Source: a virus (taxonomy: Duplodnaviria > Caudoviricetes). Taken from it: 55,471 nucleotides of DNA. The position numbers and the translations under genes were made by a program. Below the pieces are notes generated by a model. That model was given only the letters and a program-made list of their open reading frames with translations, was not told where the DNA came from and did no database searches. Positions 1 through 8,157 of this stretch are shown piece by piece; position 1 is the stretch's first letter; each line of letters opens with the position of its first letter. The stretch is from the IMG/VR virus record IMGVR_UViG_3300045970_000148, positions 1-55,471 of that record; one strand, 5' to 3'.

Positions 1-276
1 CAAGATCCACGATGGACGCCAGTTCGTGATCCAGCTCATGAATAGGGATACGGGTACCGTTTTCTTTGAAGTACCTTCTTCGGTCTATCTTGAGCACACG
101 GCCATGATGTTCAAGCAGATCATCAGCCGTAATAGCATAGCGTTCCCGTAACTCCTTACGGATAGCGGCTATACGTGCCACAATGTTAGGTGATGTTAGG
201 AGTTTACTGGCTTCGACGCGTGCCGTGTTATCTTGAACTTTTGGCTTGGCCACAAGATATGCTTTGTAGCCAACAC
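1..276. repeat. Terminal overlap with 55196-55471 (circular genome)
   Basis: Direct comparison: 150-276 is identical to 55345-55471 (127 bp); 1-149 differs from 55196-55344 at 7 positions (54, 56, 59, 65, 80, 89, 149). Confidence 0.95.
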
Positions 277-448
277 CGCCATTCTCCACATACTCCCAAC
301 AAAAACGTTCCTTCCACGGCTCAAGCTCGGCAGATTCATAGCCCACCTCGTTCTGCATTTCCGGTAGCACTACCTGCCCTGAAACAGCTGTAGGGCTACC
401 ATTTAAAAGCGTAGCCCCTGCTGTATGTCCGTTCGGTTTTTCACTCAT
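1..448 (-). CDS. terS: Terminase small subunit, 5' part (continues across the junction into 54984-55471; ~219 aa in total)
   Basis: ATG at 448 after GAGGTGAGGT; reads MSEKPNG...ERFCWEYVENGGVGYKAYLVAKPKVQDNTARVEASKLL, in frame with ORF 54984..55448; TerS-type N-terminal HTH pattern; upstream of terL on the circle. Confidence 0.85.
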   Translation of the reverse strand, partial: MSEKPNGHTAGATLLNGSPTAVSGQVVLPEMQNEVGYESAELEPWKERFCWEYVENGGVGYKAYLVAKPKVQDNTARVEASKLLTSPNIVARIAAIRKELRERYAITADDLLEHHGRVLKIDRRRYFKENGTRIPIHELDHELASIVDL

Positions 449-476
449 ACCTCACCTCATACCACAAATCAAAATC

Positions 477-500
477 ATCCGCAATAACTACGGCGGATAG
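477..500. promoter_or_regulatory. Palindromic operator/promoter motif, copy 1 (upstream of terS)
   Basis: atccgcaataactacggcggatag; matches four other intergenic copies. Confidence 0.65.
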
Positions 501-552
501 TCTAATAAAAGCAAAGCCTCACGTTCTTCCCTGCTTACCGGCACTGATTCTT

Positions 553-1407
553 TCATGGCTGTCTCCTGTAGCTGGTCCAGTTGAGCACCAGAACACGGCC
601 ACCGTTCTCTTGAAAGCGTTCCATGCTACGGACTCCCAGTGTTTCCTCAATCTGCTTGAGCGTCAGATTAGACAGGAGTATTACCGACTTCATAGCCTCA
701 TAGCGGTCGTTTATTACTTCGGTCAGATACAGCTGTTCGGTTGCGGTGCCGAATTGCACCCCTACCTCATCAATCACCAGAAGCTCAGGAGCCACGAAAT
801 AGCGCAACACCTCATCCTCGGTAACTCCTGATTGTTTCCAGCTGTCCTTGAATCTCCTGACGACCTTGAGGGCGGTGGTATGGAGAAACGAGTAACCTCG
901 CTTCATCGTTTCTTGCCCTATGATAGCAGACAGCATGTTTTTCCCGGTACCGAGAGATCCAACCATAATCAAGCTGGTACCGCAGCCAGGAGCGAAGTCA
1001 CCAGCAAAGCTCTTGCAGGCTTCCAACACCTGAGACGCGGCCTGATTGACGGGCTTGTAATCAGCAAACACTTTGCCTTTGAATCGTTCACCGATACAGG
1101 AATCAGCAAAGTATCGGTCAATCTGGACTTGTTTTGCGTGGTTCACTCTGTCAACCGCTTCCTGCTTTATCCGGTCGTTATCGATAGCTGTTTGAGCATC
1201 AGCGCACACAGGGCAGTATGGCCCCACAAGCCACTCCGGTCCTGAAACCATCGGAGTATCGCAGATAGGACAAGGTTCATCCGGCAGCTGCTCCCTGTGG
1301 GGTAAACGTAGATCCATCAAGCCAATCGGCTTCGGGTCCATTTGGCGGGATAATTCCCGGCGTTTTGCCAACAGTCGCTCTTGTCCGGCTTGAATTTCCT
1401 GCTCCAT
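553..1407 (-). CDS. DnaC/IstB-like AAA+ helicase loader
   Basis: Walker A GSLGTGKN, Walker B LLVIDEVG, N-terminal CxxC pairs; follows the initiator gene. Confidence 0.85.
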   Translation of the reverse strand: MEQEIQAGQERLLAKRRELSRQMDPKPIGLMDLRLPHREQLPDEPCPICDTPMVSGPEWLVGPYCPVCADAQTAIDNDRIKQEAVDRVNHAKQVQIDRYFADSCIGERFKGKVFADYKPVNQAASQVLEACKSFAGDFAPGCGTSLIMVGSLGTGKNMLSAIIGQETMKRGYSFLHTTALKVVRRFKDSWKQSGVTEDEVLRYFVAPELLVIDEVGVQFGTATEQLYLTEVINDRYEAMKSVILLSNLTLKQIEETLGVRSMERFQENGGRVLVLNWTSYRRQP

Positions 1408-2350
1408 GCGCTTCTCCTTTCACTGGCTTAAATTCCGTCTGCAACCATTTGATCGTGGCTTCATAGGGATCAAGCAGGCGCGGCTTACCACGGCAGCGGT
1501 TCAGGAACTTTTCAAGGGCTACGGTCAGGTTGATATCAGGAAACAGCTCTCTCAGACGCTCTTGCTTCTCAATGAAAATAACTTCCAGTTGACCACATGC
1601 ACCCGCCTGCTGCTGTTGACGGTTTATTTCCTTTTCCCTTTCCCTTTCCCTTTCCCTTTCCCTTTCCTTGTCAGGCACCTGTTGACTACCCGTTGACATA
1701 CCGTTAACGGGGGGTGTATCGCTCGTTAATATTCCGTCAACTATCCTCTCGCCCTTGTTTGGTGGCCACGTTAACCCTGCTTCTGTTGGAGTCTTGTCAG
1801 ACTTCACCGCATTGCAACGCTTGCATGACGTAGTGAGGTTGTCAGGTCTGTTGGTGCCGCCTTTTGAATAAGGGATTACATGATCCAGACAAATAGCTCT
1901 CTGGTTGTCTCGCAGGTTTTTGCCGCAATATTGGCAAGTATAGTTATCGGTATTGTAAATGTTGATTCTTTGTGACTGGGTAAGTGGCCTGAAATATGGT
2001 GTAATGAGGCCATCGGATGAAGGTATTTCGCTCGGCGGTTCGTCTCTTGATACTATTTGGTGCCGGGACCAGTTTTTGATTGCCCCGTATTGCTTTTCTT
2101 CGACTTCATATCGAATGAGGTACCCATGCTCAAGCAGCACATCCATAGTTCTGCTTAGATCAAAATCGATGTATGGCAGTATAGAGAGCCGCAGTTTTCT
2201 TGGTCGCCATTCAAAGCGACCTTCTCTGTCTGCTGTTGCCCATAAACCGGCAAACACCAACATGCAGTATGCCCCGAGGTTCGATGCTTCCAGATCTTGC
2301 AGATCCTCATCAATAAAAAATTCCGGCTTGATGCTTCTTATTCTCGCCAT
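1277..2350 (-). CDS. Phage replication initiator with embedded HNH nuclease domain
   Basis: MARIRSIKPEFF initiator-type N-terminus; CQYCG...DHVIPYSKGG...NL...CKRCN HNH motif; (ER)n linker. Confidence 0.75.
   Translation of the reverse strand: MARIRSIKPEFFIDEDLQDLEASNLGAYCMLVFAGLWATADREGRFEWRPRKLRLSILPYIDFDLSRTMDVLLEHGYLIRYEVEEKQYGAIKNWSRHQIVSRDEPPSEIPSSDGLITPYFRPLTQSQRINIYNTDNYTCQYCGKNLRDNQRAICLDHVIPYSKGGTNRPDNLTTSCKRCNAVKSDKTPTEAGLTWPPNKGERIVDGILTSDTPPVNGMSTGSQQVPDKEREREREREREKEINRQQQQAGACGQLEVIFIEKQERLRELFPDINLTVALEKFLNRCRGKPRLLDPYEATIKWLQTEFKPVKGEAHGAGNSSRTRATVGKTPGIIPPNGPEADWLDGSTFTPQGAAAG
1588..1775. repeat. Putative replication origin: seven GTYRAC hexamers plus a (CCCTTT)n tract
   Basis: GTYRAC at 1588, 1615, 1681, 1692, 1703, 1736, 1770; tandem hexamer at ~1633-1667; inside the initiator gene as for lambdoid origins. 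Confidence 0.45.
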
Positions 2351-2374
2351 ACAATCCCCTGGTGGACGTAGTAT

Positions 2375-2533
2375 CTACTTACAGCAATACTTGCAGCGGA
2401 CAAACACCCGCAATGTGGCCGGATCTACTTCGGTGATACCCTTGGCCTTGGCAACCAACTGGAGACACGATCTGTTCCGGTGGATGGTCTTGGCCTGTCT
2501 GGTTGTGCTGGTGGAGATAAAGTAACTGTTCAT
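2375..2533 (-). CDS. Small hypothetical protein (52 aa, H/C-rich)
   Basis: MNSYFISTS...HRNRSC...RCKYCCK; ATGA overlap with the upstream gene; below the ORF-track cutoff. Confidence 0.55.
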   Translation of the reverse strand: MNSYFISTSTTRQAKTIHRNRSCLQLVAKAKGITEVDPATLRVFVRCKYCCK

Positions 2534-2889
2534 TTTCCAGCCAAATTGATTATGTCGTCAGCAATCCATTTGCAGAGATTGCCGGGAAGGTTGCGGACGT
2601 ATGTTGCCGCTTCTGACAAGCCTTGAGATTGTCCATCCTTGAAGGCTGCTTTGATTTGTTTTTCCAGTTCTTTTGTGAATACATCCAGCAACATATCCAG
2701 ATTGTAGTTATCAATTATTGCCTGTTTGGTAACAAGTTGTTCATTTGCATGAGCATTGCATTGTTCCAACTGTTCAACAGTGATAAGCAAATCCTGAATT
2801 ATTTTATCAGCCTGCGGTAAAGCATTGGGAATCATATATTTCCCTACAATCCATCTATATGCTTGTTCCTTGAGGTTGCTCATAAACAC
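2530..2889 (-). CDS. Hypothetical protein
   Basis: ORF in the co-oriented early operon. Confidence 0.6.
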   Translation of the reverse strand: MFMSNLKEQAYRWIVGKYMIPNALPQADKIIQDLLITVEQLEQCNAHANEQLVTKQAIIDNYNLDMLLDVFTKELEKQIKAAFKDGQSQGLSEAATYVRNLPGNLCKWIADDIINLAGK

Positions 2890-2906
2890 CCTTTCATAAT
2901 AAACCT

Positions 2907-3206
2907 TTAGACACGCCTTACATCAGATAACGCTTGTGGGTGAATGCTGCCCGCCGTGGCCGCCAGCATTGCCGCCATCAGCATCATTGACGATGACCTG
3001 CCACGACTACCAAAACCACCAGTTCCGACACTTCGCTGTCGTGGCTCCGTGACGCATGGTGGCGTGTAATCCCTGTCCAGTGTTGCGTCACGTTCAGCCT
3101 GACGGAGCAAATACGCTTCCCGATCTATGCGGTGCCGCTCTTCACGTTTTGCAATGGACTCTGCTTTCCGTTCTTCAAATGTTCCTCGCTTGCTCGCTTG
3201 TCCCAT
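2907..3206 (-). CDS. Hypothetical phage protein (MGQASKRGTFEERKA N-terminus)
   Basis: Strong SD (AGGAGGAG) upstream; operon context. Confidence 0.65.
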   Translation of the reverse strand: MGQASKRGTFEERKAESIAKREERHRIDREAYLLRQAERDATLDRDYTPPCVTEPRQRSVGTGGFGSRGRSSSMMLMAAMLAATAGSIHPQALSDVRRV

Positions 3207-3288
3207 GCTTCGCTCCTCCTGTAAAATCAGTAACCAACGTCACCACCCAACCAATAAATCAGGCCGGATCAAGCACCATCCATTATGT

Positions 3289-3647
3289 CTACAAACCGTA
3301 TCGTCGCTCTTCTTCTTTGCATTTCAGATAGTGATAAAAACTTTCGTAACAATCACCGACTCTCAAATAGTCCTGATAGCGCTGTTGGCTTCGGGTTAGT
3401 TTCGGTGCCGGTGGCCGCTTCGGGCTATTCAGCGCCACGTAGTCAATCCCTGTTGGGGTAACAACGAAACAGTGCATATCGCCAGTGAATGAACGTGTGC
3501 CAAAGTCTTTCATCAATCCCATAACGACCAACTCCGTACAGGCGTCGAAATCTTTGCTACCGGGACCAGTAGCAAAGTGATTGCGGAATTGGTTGCCGTG
3601 GCCGTACTTATCCAGCCCGAGGGAGTGTTGCAGAATGTGTAATTTAT
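3289..3647 (-). pseudogene. Phage hypothetical gene cut off from its 5' end by the IS insertion
   Basis: Frame of ORF 3289..3531 stays open up to the IS end (KLHILQHSLGLDKYGHGNQFRNHF...) with no ATG before an in-frame TAA inside the IS; the reconstructed empty site gives a TTG-initiated MSWTYHTDKLHILQH. Confidence 0.55.
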
Positions 3648-3715
3648 TGATATCGGGCGTAAAACCGGTATCCCTTTAGGGTAGCGGATGTAAGCCCGTT
3701 GCCTTTTGCGATAGT

Positions 3716-4120
3716 TCATCCTTGGCTCCCAATGTATTGCTCTATTGTGGCTTTGCTTGCGTTTCCGATGCTGCTGGCAAAGTAGCCATCACTCCAAAAG
3801 GTTTGCTCTCTCCAAAAGCATCTCATTAAACGCTCCGCGTTGCCGTTTTGTCGCCAGAGACGATAGGTTGAAACCTGCTTTAGCAGGCGGACTATCTGCA
3901 ATACCGACTGGGTCGGGTTGTACGAAACCAGCAAATGCACATGGTCTTTGTCGGTTTCCATCTTGACAATCCCGACATCGTTTTCCTCGGCAATATCGCG
4001 CAGGAGCTGTTTAACCTGATCTCCCATATCGGAGACAAGCAACTTCCTGCGATACTTACAGACAAAGATCATGTGGGCTAACAGCAAATATTTGGCATGG
4101 TTCTTTGTGACGTAATCCAT
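3716..4120 (-). CDS. tnpA: IS200-like Y1 HUH transposase
   Basis: HMIFVCKYRR, DHVHLL (HUH), FWSDGYF, EQYIGSQ catalytic Tyr. Confidence 0.92.
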   Translation of the reverse strand: MDYVTKNHAKYLLLAHMIFVCKYRRKLLVSDMGDQVKQLLRDIAEENDVGIVKMETDKDHVHLLVSYNPTQSVLQIVRLLKQVSTYRLWRQNGNAERLMRCFWREQTFWSDGYFASSIGNASKATIEQYIGSQG

Positions 4121-5325
4121 GACGACCTCGCTTGTACTCTTGTTAAGCCGTCCAGCTTCGGGATTGGCTTGATAGCCAGCTTCGTACCAAAAATATCAGT
4201 TAGAATGGCATAGCCGGTAGACATGCGCCCCTTGATGAAATACTCCTTGCCGAGATGCTTTACCTTGTCGAACTTCCTGAAGCCGCAGATCTTGCCGGTA
4301 GGAATCCGCTGTTCGGAACGACGGCCTTTCGTTTGCTGATAATCCCCGTCAGAGATGCTCTTTTTGTACAGCACGGTTGTAGTGCGGAACCTAACCGGGT
4401 TGCCTTGGCTGGCGATTGCGACAGCGTCAAAATGATGCTCTTTGGGCAAACCCATTAACTGCCGATGTTCCTTGGTGATAAAGCCAAAGGTCTCCTCTGC
4501 TGACGGCAAGGCTTTCAGTAGCTGGACTCGGATGCTGTTCATCTGAGTAGCATGGCGGAGTTGCCCTCGTTTCTTGCCTCCCTTGAGGACGATCTGGCCC
4601 TGGTGTAAGGCATCGTGATCGGTCTTGCATAAGGTAATCAGGTTGGATTCTTCGTCGCTCCCGCCGTTTCTCCTGAATATGATGTGGTGAACATGGAGAT
4701 GGCGATCCTTCGATTTGCCTTTGCAGTGCTGGCAGGTGTGGCCGTCCCTGTTCATAACGAACGCCTTGGTATTGGCAAATCCGTAGTTGACGCCTTTCTG
4801 ATACAAGGACTTATCCTGCAGTACGGCTGGATTCTTTAATGCGTGAGCGTCGAATGAAGCTGTCTCGATGATCTCCCTGGATACCGGCAGGATCGACTTC
4901 ACAAAGGCGGTCTCCTTGAGATGCGAGTCGGTTTTGCTTCTCATTGTGGGGGAGAACCTGCCCTTTTTGATTGAGTTGCCCCGGTGCAACCATCTGGCTT
5001 GTCTGTAGCGGGTCTTACGATTGCGCCGGTTCCTGCGGTTTTTACTCCGGGCTTTCATTATCGAGGCGATGTCGTTCCTCACCTCTACTTGGGAAAGATA
5101 CAACACATCCCCGTTTTCGCTTACAGCAGCAGCACCCATTGTGCCGCTGGCTGTGTCCAGGCCAAAGGTGACACCCTGAACGTATTCTTTGGTCTCGTTG
5201 ACCAGCTTGATTACGAAGGGTGTTCGCGTCATACACTTGGCCTTGCCCTGTTTCAGAAGTAATCGTGCTACTACCGGGAGGCAAGGCATAAGTGGTGCGT
5301 TATTTCGGGACAGAACAAAAACCAT
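4078..5325 (-). CDS. iscB: IscB RNA-guided endonuclease (OMEGA)
   Basis: MVFVL...PLMP N-terminus (ATG 5325 after AAGGAGG); RuvC-I GLDT, Arg-rich bridge helix, RuvC-II IIE, HNH HVHHI...NLITLC, RuvC-III HHFDA. Confidence 0.92.
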   Translation of the reverse strand: MVFVLSRNNAPLMPCLPVVARLLLKQGKAKCMTRTPFVIKLVNETKEYVQGVTFGLDTASGTMGAAAVSENGDVLYLSQVEVRNDIASIMKARSKNRRNRRNRKTRYRQARWLHRGNSIKKGRFSPTMRSKTDSHLKETAFVKSILPVSREIIETASFDAHALKNPAVLQDKSLYQKGVNYGFANTKAFVMNRDGHTCQHCKGKSKDRHLHVHHIIFRRNGGSDEESNLITLCKTDHDALHQGQIVLKGGKKRGQLRHATQMNSIRVQLLKALPSAEETFGFITKEHRQLMGLPKEHHFDAVAIASQGNPVRFRTTTVLYKKSISDGDYQQTKGRRSEQRIPTGKICGFRKFDKVKHLGKEYFIKGRMSTGYAILTDIFGTKLAIKPIPKLDGLTRVQARSSWITSQRTMPNICC

Positions 5326-5339
5326 AACCAAACCTCCTT

Positions 5340-5616
5340 GGTAAATTCTCTGCATTGCTGCAGGTTGTGCGTAACTCCAAACTGTTACCATCTGGAGTGT
5401 CCGACTTCATCTCGACAAAGATAATCAGGCTTTTTACACTCACGGCACCGAGCCTTTCCCCAGCTCTACTTAATCCGTGAGCGACATTGCCTCAGTCTGA
5501 TGCGTCAACCAAGGGTGTCATGACCTAACTATCGTAGCTGGCGTTTCTGCCAACTGAGTCTGGTGAACTTAGGCTCCTTTCGAAGCCACGATCCCTTTAG
5601 GGTCGTGGTAGTTCAC
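5340..5616 (-). ncRNA. omegaRNA scaffold (HEARO-like); guide taken from the flank starting at 5617
   Basis: Non-coding, starts GTGAACTACCACGACCCTAAAGGG...TTCACCAGACTCAG...CTACG, directly upstream of iscB; 3' limit approximate. Confidence 0.75.
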
Positions 5617-5657
5617 CAGTATGGTAAGTCCAGCTCAATTCGTGCCCGCTCGCACTC
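5617..5657. repeat. 41-bp direct repeat, copy 1 (copy 2 at 7030-7070)
   Basis: 38/41 identical, first 23 nt perfect; both copies encode ECERARIELDLPY on the minus strand. Confidence 0.9.
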
Positions 5658-5707
5658 CGACATAATGATGTAGCTAAATATGCGAGGATCTTTCAGGAGA
5701 GCAAATA

Positions 5708-6034
5708 TCATCTATTGGCTCCATTCCCGCTTATCACTCCACGTAGTTGCCGTGAAGCCAGCTTTTCGATGTTGCAGAAGGCCACATACTCAAGATTAGT
5801 CCCAAGTTCGTCACAGAGCGTAGCCAGGTACCAAAGGACATCGCCCAATTCTGCGATAAGATCCTGCTTGTGGTCCTGGACTACTCCGCCATGATCCCGA
5901 AATATCTTCTTGATCTTGTCCAGTACTTCGCCCGTTTCACCAGCTAAACCAAGAGCCGGATAGATGATGCCGTGGCCTATGACCGGATATGTTGCGGTTT
6001 TGCGGGCTTCTCTCTGGTAATCACTGAATTCCAT
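5708..6034 (-). CDS. mazG: MazG-like nucleotide pyrophosphohydrolase
   Basis: LGLAGETGEV...KIKK...ELGDVLWY...NIEKL motif. Confidence 0.88.
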   Translation of the reverse strand: MEFSDYQREARKTATYPVIGHGIIYPALGLAGETGEVLDKIKKIFRDHGGVVQDHKQDLIAELGDVLWYLATLCDELGTNLEYVAFCNIEKLASRQLRGVISGNGANR

Positions 6035-6875
6035 TCTGTTCCCCCGTCAAGCTAAACGGCAGAACATCACATTGAAAACCTGATGCCCCTTTATGCCCCC
6101 CCCCACCACGAGCCTTGCAAATCACCGACACATCAACATCCGGCTTTTCGGCATACAGCGATACCTTCCATTTATCCCGGTACCAGCAAAACGACAACAT
6201 TGCGTCATGTTTCTCTGGATCATAACCGGAATCAAACACAGTGGAATTTGTCAGCCCCTTGTTGACGGCCAACACCCGCAAGCCATCCAGCTCAGTTTCA
6301 AAGCCGCACGTCCGAAGATAGCTCTCATTGTCTTTCTTCTGTGCCGCCAGTAGCAGGGCTCCGTCATGAGTAATCTCTGCCACCAGTTCATCATCAATAA
6401 ACAGGCGGTGCCAGAACTCGCTATTGTTCGGATCAGTATTGAACTGCCATACGCCTTTCTGGAACTCCATTGCGCCAGGGTGATTCATCCAGTCCCACAC
6501 GTCATAGCGCCCCAACAGAAACACCGCACGCGGCATGTCAGAACCAACCAGACATTCCCACACCAGTTCACAACCAGCCTTGCCGACAACCTGCATTCCA
6601 TTGAAAGGCACACCGGCAGCGTCCCGCTCTTCAATGGCGCTCTTGTGGTGATCGATCCAGACTAATGCACCGCACGCCTCTTTTAGACGGATCATGTCAG
6701 TGAATGGCTGTAGCGAAAAGTCCACCATATACACCAGCTCGTCAGATAGGATCGTATCCCACGGAAACGGCTGTCCATAATTGATGCCGACCAGTTCACA
6801 TTCAGGATGTACTTCTTTAACTATTGCGCCAGAACAGCGGCCATCATGATCTGCGCTGTGGTAAAAACATTTCAT
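6021..6875 (-). CDS. DHH/DHHA1 phosphoesterase
   Basis: YH..D.DG, VDF, IDHH, GGGGHKGASGF; start MKCFYH at 6875 after GGAGG. Confidence 0.88.
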   Translation of the reverse strand: MKCFYHSADHDGRCSGAIVKEVHPECELVGINYGQPFPWDTILSDELVYMVDFSLQPFTDMIRLKEACGALVWIDHHKSAIEERDAAGVPFNGMQVVGKAGCELVWECLVGSDMPRAVFLLGRYDVWDWMNHPGAMEFQKGVWQFNTDPNNSEFWHRLFIDDELVAEITHDGALLLAAQKKDNESYLRTCGFETELDGLRVLAVNKGLTNSTVFDSGYDPEKHDAMLSFCWYRDKWKVSLYAEKPDVDVSVICKARGGGGHKGASGFQCDVLPFSLTGEQNGIQ

Positions 6876-6897
6876 TGAGCACCTCCGGTTAATTGTG

Positions 6898-6921
6898 TGC
6901 CGGTCTTTCCCGGCTGTCACG
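6898..6921 (-). promoter_or_regulatory. Repeated hairpin motif TGACAGCCGG-(GA-rich loop)-CGGCA, copy A
   Basis: cgTGACAGCCGGGAAAGACCGGCA; related copies at 7979-8000 and 8134-8157. Confidence 0.55.
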
Positions 6922-7028
6922 CTACCCACTGTTCGACCCGTATTTGCATCTGCCAGCCATGCTTGTGCTACGGCAGAGGTTCCCCAACTATTGGGCTCAC
7001 CGGTTAAGGGAGGGCAGCGACCCACCCG

Positions 7029-7334
7029 TCAGTATGGTAAGTCCAGCTCAATCCGTGCCCGTTCACACTCTTCAATAAGTTGCTTCTGTTTTTCAGCAAT
7101 GTGAGCACGGATAACAGAAAGAGCCAGACGAGGATTTACATCAAACAGCGTGTGACTATGTTCGCCAGAAGGCACCCCGAGCTTAAGAACCTGCTCCCGG
7201 CCATAAGGATCTATTGGATTAGGAGCCGTGCCGGTGTTTATGGCTTCTTCCATCTTTTCAATGAGGCTTTTGCCCTTGGATATTTCGCTGTAACACTTCC
7301 AGATTCTTTCTGCTGTTTCCTGAGTAATCATCAC
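7029..7334 (-). CDS. Hypothetical protein
   Basis: ORF; its 3' end forms the 41-bp repeat. Confidence 0.65.
   Translation of the reverse strand: MMITQETAERIWKCYSEISKGKSLIEKMEEAINTGTAPNPIDPYGREQVLKLGVPSGEHSHTLFDVNPRLALSVIRAHIAEKQKQLIEECERARIELDLPY
7030..7070. repeat. 41-bp direct repeat, copy 2
   Basis: See 5617-5657. Confidence 0.9.
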
Positions 7335-7414
7335 AATCCTTTCCTGTTTTAGTAGTTCGCTTTGGCGGGGAATTGCACCCCGCTCGTACTATGTCAATCT
7401 CTCCGCCGTACCAT

Positions 7415-7618
7415 TTAGGCGTTGCTTTCGGAGTCGGCCACAGGCAGATGCTTCGAGGTACGATCAAGGGCAGCAAAAGACTTGCAGAAATATATGCGCA
7501 TCTTCTTTTTACCGAGCTTCAACGGTGATTGACCCGCTGCAAAGCAATACACTTTGCCACGCCTATGGCGTTTTCCAGCCTCTCGTTCCCGCCGTCCTTG
7601 ATTAATCCTCTTGGTCAT
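7415..7618 (-). CDS. Small basic protein with arginine-rich N-terminus
   Basis: MTKRINQGRREREAGKRHRRGK; GAGGT SD upstream. Confidence 0.45.
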   Translation of the reverse strand: MTKRINQGRREREAGKRHRRGKVYCFAAGQSPLKLGKKKMRIYFCKSFAALDRTSKHLPVADSESNA

Positions 7619-7685
7619 GGTCGTTACCTCATTCTCCTACTAAAAGCCGCATGTCACTGTCCATGCCGCAAAGCGATTAAAACAA

Positions 7686-7955
7686 CTACACGACACCCCA
7701 GTCTTCACCCAGTATGTCTGTCTGTGATGCCAACCACGGAACAAAATTCAAGCCTTCGTCAGCAGTTTTCATCATAATATATGGGAGCATCTTACATTCT
7801 GTGCCCACTGGAAAGGCCGCTGCTAAAGGTCTACCTTCTGTAATCTTTACTTCACTGGCACGGTTATAAAACAGAAACATACCCTTGCCATTCCATCCCG
7901 CTCGCGATACACGTTCTCCTGCTTTTAATGCTTCAAGTGCTTGTCCAAAATTCAT
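7686..7955 (-). CDS. DUF2829 / Tad2-like protein
   Basis: MNFGQALEALKAGERVSRAGWNGKGMF...PWLASQTDILGEDW signature. Confidence 0.8.
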   Translation of the reverse strand: MNFGQALEALKAGERVSRAGWNGKGMFLFYNRASEVKITEGRPLAAAFPVGTECKMLPYIMMKTADEGLNFVPWLASQTDILGEDWGVV

Positions 7956-7978
7956 ACTGTCCTCCCGGTTTGATTTAT

Positions 7979-8000
7979 TGCCGTCTCTCCGGCTGTCACG
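7979..8000 (-). promoter_or_regulatory. Repeated hairpin motif, copy B
   Basis: cgTGACAGCCGGAGAGACGGCA. Confidence 0.55.
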
Positions 8001-8133
8001 CCTATGTTCATCGGTATCCTTATTGGTACGGCGTTCCCCTACATGCTTCGCTCCGAATCAGCGTCCCGCCATTCTCCCTATCTGTCGGGCGTTCCCTGCT
8101 ATGTTACCGGGGGGAAGAGATAAGCTTGTTAAG

Positions 8134-8157
8134 TGCCGGTCTTGTTCCCGGCTGTCA
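8134..8157 (-). promoter_or_regulatory. Repeated hairpin motif, copy C
   Basis: TGACAGCCGGGAACAAGACCGGCA. Confidence 0.55.

Larger units (their letters stand above)
3648..5616. mobile_element. IS200/IS605-family element carrying tnpA, iscB and omegaRNA
   Basis: Left end follows TTTAT (3643-3647); right end finishes TTCAC; both ends carry related hairpins (ccggtatCCCTTTAGGGtagcgg and ccacgatCCCTTTAGGGtcgtgg); no target duplication. Confidence 0.85.

Noticed and set aside
1631-1667. CRISPR or contingency repeat at (CCCTTT)n
   Set aside because: In-frame hexamer encoding (ER)n with no spacers; I saw no CRISPR array or cas genes in the window.
3513-3719. 68-aa ORF after tnpA
   Set aside because: Runs across the IS end hairpin; the real coding frame is that of the interrupted gene.
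6876-7025. N-terminal extension of the DHH protein
   Set aside because: SD and family start are at 6875; the extension covers the hairpin-containing leader.
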